In this document: positions 1 to 11,574 of the stretch, piece after piece
How the letters are laid out: each line of letters begins with the position of its first letter
Numbering within the stretch: position 1 is the stretch's first letter
Assembly: GCA_963824985.1 (NCBI GenBank)
Contig: CAWGRQ010000030.1
Coordinates: 64,583-128,582, forward strand
Length of the DNA stretch: 64,000 nt
Origin: Terriglobia bacterium
GTDB taxonomy: Bacteria; Acidobacteriota; UBA6911
Direction of reading: 5' to 3'
Notes under the pieces: model-generated
Told to the model about the DNA's origin: nothing
The model's database searches: none
What the model saw: the letters and a program-made list of their open reading frames with translations, nothing else
Translations under genes and position numbers: made by a program

Positions 1-1643
<1,643 letters not shown>

Positions 1644-1863
1644 ATGTGTGCTCCGTCGCGTGGGAGGCCGGATGTGCGCCTATCGCAGGAGGACATTCCG
1701 TGTCTCGCCGGAATAGAAAAGCGATTTGCCGTTGTTTCTATCGCCAAAGGCATTGAGGAAGCAAGCGAAATTCTCGGACACGGATGAACGCGGATGAACA
1801 CGGATCGGCTCCGTCTTCATCCGCGTCCATCCGTGTCAAGAAATCCTCATCATGAATGATGCT

Positions 1864-2964
1864 TCACTTACCGGGCGCCTGGGCAAGGATGCGGCGGAGC
1901 AACTCGGGGTTATCAGGGAGCTGCCCGGCTTTCGGCAGCCGCTGCGTCATCAGAGCCCAATTCCGGTCGGCGGTGAAAACCTGCCGGAAGATGGGGAGCG
2001 CCTCGCTTGTGCGGCCCATGTTCACGAGCGCGACCGCGTGCCAGAATCGCATCTCGTTGAGCCGGCTCGGCAGGATGCCGGGGGTAGCTGCGGCGATCTT
2101 TTCCGCGGCGCCGTACTCGCGGAGCGCACCTTCCTTGTCCCCTTTTTCCGTGGCAAGATCCCCGGCGTTCATGTGGTTGTAAGCACGCTGCAGAGCGACC
2201 AGGCGGCGCAGCTCCTTCAGCGGATAGTCGGCATCGTCGACCCGCAAATCGTAGATGCGATCCTGCCACGGCTTGCCGGTTGATTTGCCCTTCACAATAA
2301 TGAGCGCCGCCGACTGGCGTCCCCGGGCATCTCCGCCGGCGGCCTGGCCCGCATCCAGCGCCGCGAGCATACGGTCCACCAGTTCTCCCTTCGTCTCGCG
2401 GAACGCCTGCGCCATGGCCGGCCAGACCTTGTCATTCAGCATCATGTTGGCCTGAACGGAGAATCCTTCGCCAATGTGGATGGACCCGTCTTCAGGAGCG
2501 CCTGCGATGGTCATGTCCTTCGGGCGGCCGCCGGCGGGTATCCCGGCGAGGTCTCCCGCCGCGGCGATATCTTTGGCGCCCGTCCATGTTCCTACTCGCC
2601 CCTGAGCGTCGATGAAGGCGACCTGCCGGACGTTGCGGGCCTTGTCGGCCTGCAGCAGACGGGCGAGCGCTTCGGGGGCGGCAATCCCTTTCAGCATCAG
2701 CTGCAATCCGTCCCGGCCATAGGCCGGCTCCACGAACGATTGCGTCGCCACGGCTCCCACGCCGGCTTCCGCCCAGGTGACCATGCAACCCACGCAGAAC
2801 CAATGGGACTGGACGGCGACGCCGATCTCCCCAGTCTGCGCATCGCGCGCCACGATGGAGAATGTGTGTGCCAGAGCGCTGGGCCGGGCGGGCGCATTCT
2901 CTTGCGCGAACAGGGGGAGACAAACAGACAGCATTACTGACAGCACCGCTGCGGAACGATTCAT
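1864..2964 (-). CDS. DUF1028 family (Ntn-hydrolase fold) secreted protein
   Basis: 366-aa ORF with signal peptide MNRSAAVLSVMLSVCLPLFAQ. HTFSIVARDAQTGEIGVAVQSHWFCVG is the DUF1028 signature (family recognised from memory). GGAGG lies 7 nt upstream of the ATG. Confidence 0.85.
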   Translation of the reverse strand: MNRSAAVLSVMLSVCLPLFAQENAPARPSALAHTFSIVARDAQTGEIGVAVQSHWFCVGCMVTWAEAGVGAVATQSFVEPAYGRDGLQLMLKGIAAPEALARLLQADKARNVRQVAFIDAQGRVGTWTGAKDIAAAGDLAGIPAGGRPKDMTIAGAPEDGSIHIGEGFSVQANMMLNDKVWPAMAQAFRETKGELVDRMLAALDAGQAAGGDARGRQSAALIIVKGKSTGKPWQDRIYDLRVDDADYPLKELRRLVALQRAYNHMNAGDLATEKGDKEGALREYGAAEKIAAATPGILPSRLNEMRFWHAVALVNMGRTSEALPIFRQVFTADRNWALMTQRLPKAGQLPDNPELLRRILAQAPGK

Positions 2965-2989
2965 GCGTGGTCCTCCATAAATACTCTGC

Positions 2990-3331
2990 TCAATCGGTCG
3001 GGCTGCCGCTCAGCAGCCCTTCCAGCGGGAGGGAACGGGAACCCCGGTCGTCGCAGACCGCATAGGTGGTCTCCCCTGAAGCATACATCGCCACGCCGGC
3101 ATGATCCCCTTTGGCATTCAGCACGAAGAGGCGAAGGTTGAATGCCGGCAGCCCCCGGCCGTTCAGCAGGCGTTTCTCGACGGTGTTGGATGATGAGTCC
3201 CCAACCCGGCTCGTTTTGTTTATCAGGTCAAGACCGGGAAGACAATCAACCCCTGAATCCCGGCAACGAATGCTGATGGTCTTGCCCGGATGGCCTCGAC
3301 GAAGGCTGTCGACGCCTTGGCGGTTGGTCAA
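2990..3331 (-). pseudogene. C-terminal remnant of an asparaginase-2 / glycosylasparaginase-type Ntn hydrolase
   Basis: Only the tail GLPAFNLRLFVLNAKGDHAGVAMYASGETTYAVCDDRGSRSLPLEGLL resembles the C-terminus of isoaspartyl peptidase / N4-(beta-N-acetylglucosaminyl)-L-asparaginase proteins. About 110 bp separate it from the upstream gene end (3444), so the roughly 200-aa N-terminal part cannot be present. Confidence 0.4.
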
Positions 3332-3443
3332 GGCAGGACAGAAACCGGCCTACGACGCAAGAACGGCAATGGTGTTCACCCGTCCCGGAACGGGCAACAA
3401 TCAAGATTTGTCCTGGGATGCGCCGGATTTTGCGGCGGTCTCC

Positions 3444-4613
3444 TTAATAGACGACCTTGCCTTCACCGTCCAAATAGGGTTTGAGGTTGTCCTCCAGGAA
3501 GGCCCAGATCCGGTTCCAGCCATCCCGCTGCGGCGGGGTGTTCTGGGGCGCCGTCTTTTCCGGGTTCACCAGTCGTTCGAAACTGTGCCCTCCGGGCGGA
3601 TCCACATAGATTTTAGTCGTGGCCAATCGCGGGAGATGATACTGAAGCGCGTAGATCATCATCTGGTCTTCGACGAAGTTCACGTCCTGGTCGTTGGTGG
3701 CGACGTGAACCATTACCGGAACCTTGATCTTGTCGACGTGGTACACCGGGGAGCGCTCGATGTAAATGTCCCGCTTCTCGTGCACTTCACCGCCGATGCG
3801 CGCTTGTTTGACAAAGCTCGCCTCGTAGGAAGGCCCTTTGTAGGAAAGACGAAACACCAGGTTGGTTACCGGCACGCCCGCATACCCGCACTTGAGAACC
3901 TTCCCCTGGTCGCGGATCAGGGAAAACAGGGTGATGTACCCTCCATGGCTCCAGCCGATCATGCCGATGCGGTCCGGATCGACTTGCGGGAGATTGGCCT
4001 TCAAATAATCGATGCCTGAAAGCGTATCGTCGATCTCATATCCCCCGTAGTCGATCGCCTCCTGGAAAGCCTCCCCGTAACCCGTGCTGCCCCGGTAGTC
4101 CGGAGCGATGATGATGTAGCCACGCTCGACCGCCTGACGGATGAACGGAATCGATCCCGAGGAGAAACTGCTGGCAACGCCGCCATGAACCCATATGAGC
4201 GCCGGATGGCCCTTGGGTCCGCGCGATTTTAAAGGCTGGAACAGGTAGGCCGGGATGTCCATGTCGCCGACGCTGCTGCGATAGCTGACCTTTTTATAAT
4301 CCACGGCCCCTTCGCACAATTTCTGGATCAGGTCGTCATCTTTCTTCTTGGACTCGACGTCCCTCTTGTAGCGTTCCGCGGAACCTCGAGCCCTGAGGGC
4401 CATCACCTTGTCCTGGAGTTTTTTGATTTCGGTCTGGATCTGAGCGATCTCTTTCTGCTCCGCGGACTGCGCTTGCGCAGGTCGCTGCGCGCCTGCCGGG
4501 TTCTGACTCTGTTGCGTCGGCGCAGCCGGCACGAAGACTACGAGAAACAGGACCACGGCCGGGATCGTTTGCCTGATCCTACCGGCCAGGCGACCTCTCA
4601 TGTGCAGTTTCAT
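3444..4613 (-). CDS. S9 family peptidase / alpha-beta hydrolase (prolyl oligopeptidase-type catalytic domain)
   Basis: 389-aa ORF with an N-terminal signal/TM segment and a coiled-coil stretch. Motifs are HPALIWVHGG, the nucleophile elbow IGWSHGG, and VMVHVATNDQDV ... PPGGHSF (Asp/His region). Confidence 0.85.
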   Translation of the reverse strand: MKLHMRGRLAGRIRQTIPAVVLFLVVFVPAAPTQQSQNPAGAQRPAQAQSAEQKEIAQIQTEIKKLQDKVMALRARGSAERYKRDVESKKKDDDLIQKLCEGAVDYKKVSYRSSVGDMDIPAYLFQPLKSRGPKGHPALIWVHGGVASSFSSGSIPFIRQAVERGYIIIAPDYRGSTGYGEAFQEAIDYGGYEIDDTLSGIDYLKANLPQVDPDRIGMIGWSHGGYITLFSLIRDQGKVLKCGYAGVPVTNLVFRLSYKGPSYEASFVKQARIGGEVHEKRDIYIERSPVYHVDKIKVPVMVHVATNDQDVNFVEDQMMIYALQYHLPRLATTKIYVDPPGGHSFERLVNPEKTAPQNTPPQRDGWNRIWAFLEDNLKPYLDGEGKVVY

Positions 4614-4710
4614 TTTTGCCTCCTCTGACGGGTTCGGTGCCTATTATCCGCAAACCGCCGCAGGACCGCAAAGGAATCATTTGGCGAAACGGGCGCCCGT
4701 AATCGGATCT

Positions 4711-5475
4711 CTACAGCAGCGGTTTGAGGCGGGAGTAGCCGGCGCGGCTCACGGGGAGCCGGGTGCCATCTTTCAGAATGGCGAGCCGGCTGTCGCGGGT
4801 GTGCTGCTCGATGCGTGCCAGGCGTTCGACGTTCAGAATATAAGAACGGTGGATGCGGATAAAGCGCGCGGAATCGAGCAGGCCTTCGAGTTCACTCATC
4901 GCCTGCTGCTTGAGATATTCGCGGCCGCTGCATTTGAAGCAGACGTAGTCATCCTGTGCTTCCACGTAATCGATGGTATCGATTGCAAGCACATGCACGC
5001 GCGCGCCGTCGCGCACCAGTACCCGCTCCAGCGGCTTTCGCCGCTCCCGTGCATCGGCGATCAGATCATCAAACGGCGCCGCTTCCCTGGCAGCCAGTCT
5101 CTGTCTTGCCCGGCCCAGCGCTTCGGCCAGCCGATCGGCATTCAAGGGCTTCAGCAGATAATCGACGGCATGAACTTCGAAAGCACGCAGGGCAAACTCA
5201 TCATAGGCAGTCACGAAAATCACCGCGAACTCCCGGCCGATCAGTTCAAGCACTTCGAAGCCGTCCAGTTTCGGCATCTGGATGTCGAGGAAAAGCAGAT
5301 CCGGCTTCAGTTCCGCAACCGCCTTAACGGCCTCGAAGCCATTCGCACATTCACCCACGATTTCAACATCCCGATGGGCCGAAAGGTATTCGCGCAGGAT
5401 CCGGCGCGCCAGTTCTTCATCATCGATCAGGATGGCAGTGATCGCAGCGGAAGGGGTTGGCATCTTTGAACTCAA
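4711..5475 (-). CDS. LytTR-family two-component response regulator
   Basis: Receiver domain (ILIDDEELARRIL ... LLFLDIQMPKLDGFEVLE) followed by a LytTR DNA-binding domain (ERVLVRDGARVHVLAIDTIDYVEAQDDYV ... FIRIHRSYILN). Confidence 0.9.
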   Translation of the reverse strand: MSSKMPTPSAAITAILIDDEELARRILREYLSAHRDVEIVGECANGFEAVKAVAELKPDLLFLDIQMPKLDGFEVLELIGREFAVIFVTAYDEFALRAFEVHAVDYLLKPLNADRLAEALGRARQRLAAREAAPFDDLIADARERRKPLERVLVRDGARVHVLAIDTIDYVEAQDDYVCFKCSGREYLKQQAMSELEGLLDSARFIRIHRSYILNVERLARIEQHTRDSRLAILKDGTRLPVSRAGYSRLKPLL

Positions 5476-5563
5476 TCCGGATACGAAAAAGGCGACATTC
5501 CAGTTGTTCTCTCCCGGGAATCAGCCGGGCGGCACGGGAACCGTCAAATCGGAAGGTTCCTTT

Positions 5564-6613
5564 TCAGGCCGGCATCCTGATTTCGGCGTGAAACATGCCG
5601 TCCTTTTCATAGGTATCGAGCCTGGCATCGCCGCCTTGAAGCGCCGTCAGGCGGCCGGAGACATTTGCCAGGCCAATCCCCTTGCTCTGGGGCTGTTTGT
5701 GCCCGGCATCAACCGGATTGGCAATGCACACCGTCAATCGGCCGCCATGCCGCCTGGCTTGCACCGTGATCTCGCCCCCTTCGACGCGGGAGGCGATGCC
5801 GTGGTTGACGGCATTCTCAATCAGCGGCAGCAACAGCAGCGGCGGCACCGGGCAGGAGCGGCTTTCTTCGTCAATTTCGAAATTCACCTTCAGCCTTTGT
5901 CCGAACCGGATCCGCTCGATCTCCAGGTAGCCTTCGAGCAGCGACAATTCCTCGGCCAGGGGAATAACTCCAACCGGCGCCATCTGCAGGCTCCGGCGGA
6001 GGAAATCAGACAGCAGCAGGCACATCCGGCGCGCCTTCTCCGGGTCGGAGGGAATCAGCGAAACGACAGAGTTCAGGCAGTTGAAAAGGAAATGAGGATC
6101 GATCTGGGCCTTCAGGGCTTTCAGTTCCGCCTCCTGAGCCAGGATCTTCATTTCGAGAGCCTTATGCTCCGCTTCCCGGGATTCGGCCGCCGCGACCATG
6201 AGATAGCTCACGGCCGCGGCCAGGAAAAACAGGAGCACGCCCGCCGCCAGCAACAGCGGATAGGATCGGTTGAAAAGCGGGGCGGCCTGGGTGAAGTCCG
6301 GCGCGCGGGACAGCAGCAGCGCCCAACCGCTGCCGGCGAACAGCCAGAGTGAGGCGGATATCATCGCCGCGGCACTCAGGACCGCGGCCAGCCGCAGCCG
6401 GCCGGATGTCCGCAAGGGGAAGCTGCGGCAGAGATACCACGCGGGAAGGCACTGGAAGGCGTAGATGGCGCACAGCGGCAGGATGAGCGCGAGGGCGAGC
6501 CGCCAGGGGCCGGAGTCTGCCAGGTGGACCAGTGCCGTCAGCAGCAGCGCCACAGGAATCCACGCTGCCATATACCATCCAAGTCGATGCCTCCGTGCCA
6601 GTATCGGGTGCAT
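5564..6613 (-). CDS. Sensor histidine kinase, LytS/YehU-type (His_kinase + HATPase_c)
   Basis: Multi-TM N-terminus. H-box QIDPHFLFNCLNSV and N-box PLLLLPLIENAVNHGI. Sits directly upstream of the LytTR regulator on the same strand. Confidence 0.88.
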   Translation of the reverse strand: MHPILARRHRLGWYMAAWIPVALLLTALVHLADSGPWRLALALILPLCAIYAFQCLPAWYLCRSFPLRTSGRLRLAAVLSAAAMISASLWLFAGSGWALLLSRAPDFTQAAPLFNRSYPLLLAAGVLLFFLAAAVSYLMVAAAESREAEHKALEMKILAQEAELKALKAQIDPHFLFNCLNSVVSLIPSDPEKARRMCLLLSDFLRRSLQMAPVGVIPLAEELSLLEGYLEIERIRFGQRLKVNFEIDEESRSCPVPPLLLLPLIENAVNHGIASRVEGGEITVQARRHGGRLTVCIANPVDAGHKQPQSKGIGLANVSGRLTALQGGDARLDTYEKDGMFHAEIRMPA

Positions 6614-6616
6614 ATC

Positions 6617-7312
6617 TCAGTTCCGGACTTCGATTCCACCCATAATGGCAAACCCTTTGATGAAAAGCGTTTTCGCGCTTCCGTCTCTCGGCGGCCGGGT
6701 CTTGTCCTCAAAGCCTCCCAGGATGGGAATTACGCTCGATCGGATGCTCCAGTCTTCGGGGACTTTGATCTCAATTCCGCCCCAGAACGCCAGCAACTGG
6801 AAGGCTGCTTCCCCATCCTTGATTGAAGCCTGGCGAAGATCGATTTCACATCCACCCATTATGGCCGTCAGATCGCCGCCGCGAAAGCTTTGGCTGTTAC
6901 AGGATCGGACCACACCGCTCATGATCGCGAATCCATTGACCACCTCTTCACTGCCCGCCGGGAGCCCCCGTTCCCGTTCCAGGGCCTGCCATACGATGCT
7001 GCCGCCAATCGCTACCAGGACAAGGGGCCAGTAGTCCCAGAGCGAAAAGCGCAGGTAATGAAGGTTGGCGAGCAGCAGCAGCGCGCCCGCCGCCGAGAGA
7101 ATCACGCCGGATCCGAGCCCGGAGGCGTGCCCCGCCCAAAGAATCTGCATGATTCCGACGACGATCAGGATCGCCGGCCAGAATCTCCAAACGTCGCCCA
7201 GGCGCATGATGTGCAGATTATCGAGCGTCAGGAGAATGCCGAAGCCGATGGCGCAGAGCCCCAACACCAGTTGCGGGCTCAACCTCGAGTGCCTATCCAT
7301 AGGTCCCTCCAA
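6617..7312 (-). CDS. LiaF-like membrane protein (LiaI-LiaF TM region + DUF2154-type C-terminal domain)
   Basis: 231-aa ORF with 4-5 TM helices. The C-terminal GGDLTAIMGGCEIDLRQASI ... AFWGGIEIKVPEDWSI ... PILGGFEDKT matches the LiaF C-terminal pattern. Its stop lies 4 nt from the kinase start. Confidence 0.75.
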   Translation of the reverse strand: MEGPMDRHSRLSPQLVLGLCAIGFGILLTLDNLHIMRLGDVWRFWPAILIVVGIMQILWAGHASGLGSGVILSAAGALLLLANLHYLRFSLWDYWPLVLVAIGGSIVWQALERERGLPAGSEEVVNGFAIMSGVVRSCNSQSFRGGDLTAIMGGCEIDLRQASIKDGEAAFQLLAFWGGIEIKVPEDWSIRSSVIPILGGFEDKTRPPRDGSAKTLFIKGFAIMGGIEVRN

Positions 7313-7475
7313 AGTGTGTATCCGATACCAGGATACGGAGGATATCGCGCCGGCGCCTTACGTTTTCGGTGAAAGACGGGAAAATGCCGGTGATTGACGC
7401 CGGCCGGCCCGTTTTGCCGACGCGCGCGGCGCTGACGGCTCGGGCGACCTAGCCTGTGGCGTCGGCAGCCGATCG

Positions 7476-9485
7476 TCAGGTGCGCGTGGCTTCGTCCACC
7501 CGGCGCACCGATTGGAACCAGAGGTAGAGACACAAACCTACAAACAGGAGCGCGGAAATGCCTTGCGCGACCATGTCGTTATCGTAGAACGGCGTCTTGA
7601 TCTTATCCTCCGCATACCAGGGGAAGAGGCGGAGCGCGGCGCCGAACACGCCGCCCAGCGCGCCTCCCGCCATGAGTCCCGAGGCGATGATCACCCCCCG
7701 CTCCCGCATGGTCGCGCCGCGGTGGCCGCCCGCCCGTTCTGATCGCTTCCCGATCCAATGGGCCAGAAACCCGCCGACCAGGGCCGGCGTGTTCAGTTCG
7801 AGCGGCAGGTACATGCCGAGAGCGAAAATCAGTGCCGGAACACCCAGCATCTCCATCACGAGGGTGCTCATGGCGCCGACTCCGAACAGAAGATAGGCCA
7901 CGGGCTGGCGGCTCATGAAACCTTCAACCAGAGCCTTCATGATAGAAGCCTGCGGCGCCGGCAACACCACGCGCGGGTCCCCTGCCACCGCTTCCCCGAA
8001 TTGAAACGCACGTGCGAGCAGAACGATGGTCAGGCCGGCCGCAACCGCCGAGGCGATGATGCCGAGAAATTTCACCCTCTCCTGCGCGGAAGGGGTTGAC
8101 CCGAGCCAGTATCCGGTTTTGAGGTCGGTGATCGCCTGCCCGGATACGGACAGTGCCGTACACACCATCCCGGCAATGGCCATCACGAAGAACATGCCGG
8201 TCGTCCCGGAGAGCCCGAAGCGCAGCAGGACCACCGAGGAGGTGATGATCGTCAGCATCGTCATCCCGGAAACCGGATTCCGCGCCGTGGTGGCGATGGC
8301 ATTGGCGGCCACGGAGGCGAAGAAAAAGGAAAAGAACACGGAGAGCAACAGGCCGGCGGCGATGATGGTGATCGAACCATCGAGATTCCCGAGGAAGACA
8401 GCCTCCGCAATCGCGCTTAAGACAATGCCGATGAGAATTGCCATGACGGGGATGTCGCGGTCCGTCCTGTCCAAACCCTTGGCTTCCCCATGGCGGAAGG
8501 CGCGAAAGGCGATGGCAAAAGAGCCGGCGACGATCTTCAGGGATTTGATAATGCCGAAGATCCCGGCCGTGGCGATCGCGCCGACGCCGATGAACCGGAC
8601 ATAGCCGCGAAATATCTGGGTGGCCGTCATGCCGGCAATCGGTGTCGCCGCGGGGTACACCGCGATTTCGGGAAAGTGCTGGCCCAGCAGCCAGATCATC
8701 GGCACCAGGACGAAGTTGGCCAGAACACCCCCCGCGCACAACACCATTGAGGAGCGCAGGCCCATGACATATCCCAGCCCAAGAATGAAGCCGATGGCAT
8801 CGAAGTTGAAAACCATCTTGGCGCGTTCGGCGAGGTCTCTGACAACCGGGATGAACTGGAAATCGACATATTCCCGCCAGACCTGGAACGTAGTCACGAA
8901 AAAGTCGTAGACGGCGGCAATGGCGGTCGCCTCCAGCAGGAGGCGGGCCTGGGAGCCCCCCTTCTCGCCGGTGACCAATACTTCGGTAATGGCCGTGGCT
9001 TCAGGGTAAAGGAGCTGCCCGTGGGTTTCGCACACAAAATAGCGGCGCAGGGGAATCAGGAACAGCATCCCCATGCAGCCGCCGGCGAGGCAGATAAAGA
9101 TCGTCTGGACCGGGTGCGGATCGAGCTTGAGGATGTAGAGCGCGGGCAGGGTGAAAATCGCTCCGGCCACGACACTCCCCGCGACGCCGCCGATGCCGGT
9201 GATGATCACGTTCTCCAGGAGACTGGACCGGCGCCGGTACATGCGTGCCAGCCCGATCGCCAGGATGGAGATGGGAATGGCCGCCTCCATGACCTGCCCC
9301 ACCTTCAGGCCGGAATAGGCCGACGCGACACTGAAGATCACACAGAAGATGATCCCCCACAGAACGGATCGCCAGGTGGTTTCCGGAACCACCGCTTCCG
9401 GAGGCACCATCGGCCGGTAGACCGTCCCCGGTTCCAGTGGCTTGTAGGCGTTGTCAGGGAGTTGAGTGGCCTCCCGTGCTTCCAT
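7476..9485 (-). CDS. OPT-family oligopeptide transporter
   Basis: 669-aa polytopic membrane protein. The N-terminus (YKPLEPGTVYRPMVPPE ... TWRSVLWGIIFCVIFSVASAYSGLKVGQVMEAAIPISILA) is typical of bacterial OPT transporters. Confidence 0.88.
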   Translation of the reverse strand: MEAREATQLPDNAYKPLEPGTVYRPMVPPEAVVPETTWRSVLWGIIFCVIFSVASAYSGLKVGQVMEAAIPISILAIGLARMYRRRSSLLENVIITGIGGVAGSVVAGAIFTLPALYILKLDPHPVQTIFICLAGGCMGMLFLIPLRRYFVCETHGQLLYPEATAITEVLVTGEKGGSQARLLLEATAIAAVYDFFVTTFQVWREYVDFQFIPVVRDLAERAKMVFNFDAIGFILGLGYVMGLRSSMVLCAGGVLANFVLVPMIWLLGQHFPEIAVYPAATPIAGMTATQIFRGYVRFIGVGAIATAGIFGIIKSLKIVAGSFAIAFRAFRHGEAKGLDRTDRDIPVMAILIGIVLSAIAEAVFLGNLDGSITIIAAGLLLSVFFSFFFASVAANAIATTARNPVSGMTMLTIITSSVVLLRFGLSGTTGMFFVMAIAGMVCTALSVSGQAITDLKTGYWLGSTPSAQERVKFLGIIASAVAAGLTIVLLARAFQFGEAVAGDPRVVLPAPQASIMKALVEGFMSRQPVAYLLFGVGAMSTLVMEMLGVPALIFALGMYLPLELNTPALVGGFLAHWIGKRSERAGGHRGATMRERGVIIASGLMAGGALGGVFGAALRLFPWYAEDKIKTPFYDNDMVAQGISALLFVGLCLYLWFQSVRRVDEATRT

Positions 9486-9544
9486 CGGGGCCTCCTATTA
9501 AGAGACTGTCTCAATCCTGTAAGTCCCAGAGGGACGCCGGGAAA

Positions 9545-9745
9545 GTAGCCGGGGGCGAGCCGCGCAGCGGCGCTGCCCCCGGCTATGGCAAGCACAGTGT
9601 CAGAGCCATGGCAGGGGCGACGGAAATCATTCACTTTTAGATGCTTTCCGTCGCCCCTGCCGGGGCTCTTGATCAAAATTCCCTGAACCCCGGGCTTCGC
9701 TTTGCTTGCCCGGGGCTATTGTCCCCGGCCCTTCCAGGGCTGGAA
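9545..9745. repeat. Cluster of GC-rich REP-like hairpins
   Basis: Three inverted repeats in one intergenic gap. The first is TAGCCGGGGGC/GCCCCCGGCTA (9546-9585). The second is a perfect 17-bp stem, GGCAGGGGCGACGGAAA/TTTCCGTCGCCCCTGCC (9610-9626 / 9645-9661). The third is CCCCGGGC/GCCCGGGG (9688-9715). The third unit and its 3' flank resemble 42885-42940. Confidence 0.7.
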
Positions 9746-9848
9746 TCGCGGGAATTTCATCCAGCTCAGGAGTTTTGAGATATTCTCTACGGAATAGGCC
9801 CGAGAATAAGGGGGTTCGGCTTAAAAGGGCAAGCAGAAAAAATATGGC

Positions 9849-10832
9849 TTAGCCTTGGGCGAGAATTCCCTTAAGCGTATCGGCATAGGCGCGGCTTTCG
9901 GCGTCTCCGGTCACGATTTCGATCTGATCCGCCTTCCCCACCCCGAGGCCGAGCTCCACGGCGCGCTGGATCTGCTCCTGCTCGAATATTTTCGTTGACA
10001 TGATGGCGTCATTCGAACCCAGCTGCTTGAGAATCGCAAGTCCAACGGCATCGATGGCAATGCGATCGGTTCCGGCAACGATGACTCCGGCTGTAACCTG
10101 CTTGCCCCGGGAGGGGCCGCCGTCGACGAACACTTCCATGCCGTCCATCACGATCAGCTGCGGTTTGAAGGCCTGGTGGATCTCGGCGATCATGCGGCGC
10201 ATGTGAGTCTGGCGGGCGCCGTGCAGTTCGCGCATGAGGTTCTTGTTGGTGACGCCGACGGCCAGTTTGATCGACATGCTGAAAATGCCGCCGGAACCAT
10301 GGGTCTTGAGGCAGCAGGTCCAGAGGAGATATTCGGCCTCGGTGACCGGCCTGGCAACCAGAAAGCCGTTTTGCCAGTGATTCCCCGGCGGATTGCATTG
10401 AACCCAGCCGTCCCCGGTCAGATCTTCGAAATTGATGACCTCAAACCCGAGTTCCTGTGCCAGTCCGGGAACCCCTTTCGCCTCGATCACCGACTTGGTC
10501 AGCGGTGGGCCGCTACGATCCCCGACAGCGATCCGTGTAGCCCCGCGACCCTTCATCTCGAGCACCAGTTGGCGAAGCGTATCGTTGTGCGTTGACCCGG
10601 GTGTGGGATCCGCCGTGTTGAGATTGGGCTTTATCAGAACTTTTTTCCCTTTCGGCGAGGGGACCTCGAGCAGTCTCAGTGCCGTCTCAATGCCGCGCGC
10701 CCGGTCCTTGGTCCTGATCAGGGCCACTCTTGCGCCGGCCTGGGCGCTCCCCGATGCCGGGTATCCCCGGCCAAAGATCGAAAGGGCCGCGGCTCCGGCT
10801 GCAGACTGTTTCAGGAATTCACGACGTTTCAT
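9849..10832 (-). CDS. DUF362 domain protein with twin-arginine (Tat) signal
   Basis: ORF-track ORF 9849..10883. I place the start at the internal ATG at 10832-10830, which is preceded by GGGAGGGGAAT. MKRREFLKQSAAGAAALSIF is a Tat signal. KKVLIKPNLNTADP ... ATRIAVGDRSG is the DUF362 core. Confidence 0.85.
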   Translation of the reverse strand: MKRREFLKQSAAGAAALSIFGRGYPASGSAQAGARVALIRTKDRARGIETALRLLEVPSPKGKKVLIKPNLNTADPTPGSTHNDTLRQLVLEMKGRGATRIAVGDRSGPPLTKSVIEAKGVPGLAQELGFEVINFEDLTGDGWVQCNPPGNHWQNGFLVARPVTEAEYLLWTCCLKTHGSGGIFSMSIKLAVGVTNKNLMRELHGARQTHMRRMIAEIHQAFKPQLIVMDGMEVFVDGGPSRGKQVTAGVIVAGTDRIAIDAVGLAILKQLGSNDAIMSTKIFEQEQIQRAVELGLGVGKADQIEIVTGDAESRAYADTLKGILAQG

Positions 10833-10866
10833 ATTCCCCTCCCACCTGATCGTCCCCAGGTGTTCG

Positions 10867-11331
10867 TCACATCCGCGAGGCAATAAGTTTAGCGATGGCC
10901 ACCAGTTGTTCCAATGGCAGCCGGGCGCTGGATTTGTCTTCGAGTTCGGTGTTGAGCACTATGGTGAAGGAGCCCTTGCGGAAGGCCAATATATACAGGG
11001 GCGGTCCATCGGCGGGACCGACAAAAGCCTCCTCGCCGACACCCTTAAGGCTGGATTTGAATCCACTGCGCGAGGACCGGGCGCTGCTGAACGCGCTCGC
11101 TGGATAAAAACTTACCGACAGGATGATCTTGCCATCCGGGCGGGCAAAATTAAGGTCGCCGTCCGCCTCCTCCGTCTTCGGGACCAGCTTGACGCCTGTG
11201 ATTCCGGTGACCTTCTGAACATCCGCACCATGGATATACTTGTCGTACTGGCTCTGGCTGGCAAGCCGCGTGGCCGCCACCCCCCCCAGCATAAGTGTTG
11301 CCACCAGAATGGTTGCTGCCTTAGCTCCCAT
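10867..11331 (-). CDS. Hypothetical secreted protein
   Basis: 154-aa ORF with a signal-like N-terminus (MGAKAATILVATLMLGGVAATRLASQ) and protein-like composition. No recognisable family. Confidence 0.6.
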   Translation of the reverse strand: MGAKAATILVATLMLGGVAATRLASQSQYDKYIHGADVQKVTGITGVKLVPKTEEADGDLNFARPDGKIILSVSFYPASAFSSARSSRSGFKSSLKGVGEEAFVGPADGPPLYILAFRKGSFTIVLNTELEDKSSARLPLEQLVAIAKLIASRM

Positions 11332-11574
11332 CGGAACCTCCCATACTCACGGGCTCTATTTGACAAAGGAGTCGCTTTAGTCTGCCAGACTACCGCTTTG
11401 TCCGCAAACCCTCAATTTAAATCAGCGGCTGCCGCCCTTTTATTGAATTGCACCGGTTCGACTCGATGCGGCATACTCAGCAACGAGTCCCGCCCGGCCA
11501 GGGATGCGGCCTGCAGTGTGTTTCCCGGCGACGGGGATGGTTTCCGGCCAACAGCATGACAAGGGGGATGCAGG

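Noticed and set aside
11440-11480. GGTTCGACTC, a tRNA T-arm-like word
   Set aside because: There is no complementary T-stem, acceptor stem or anticodon arm around it.
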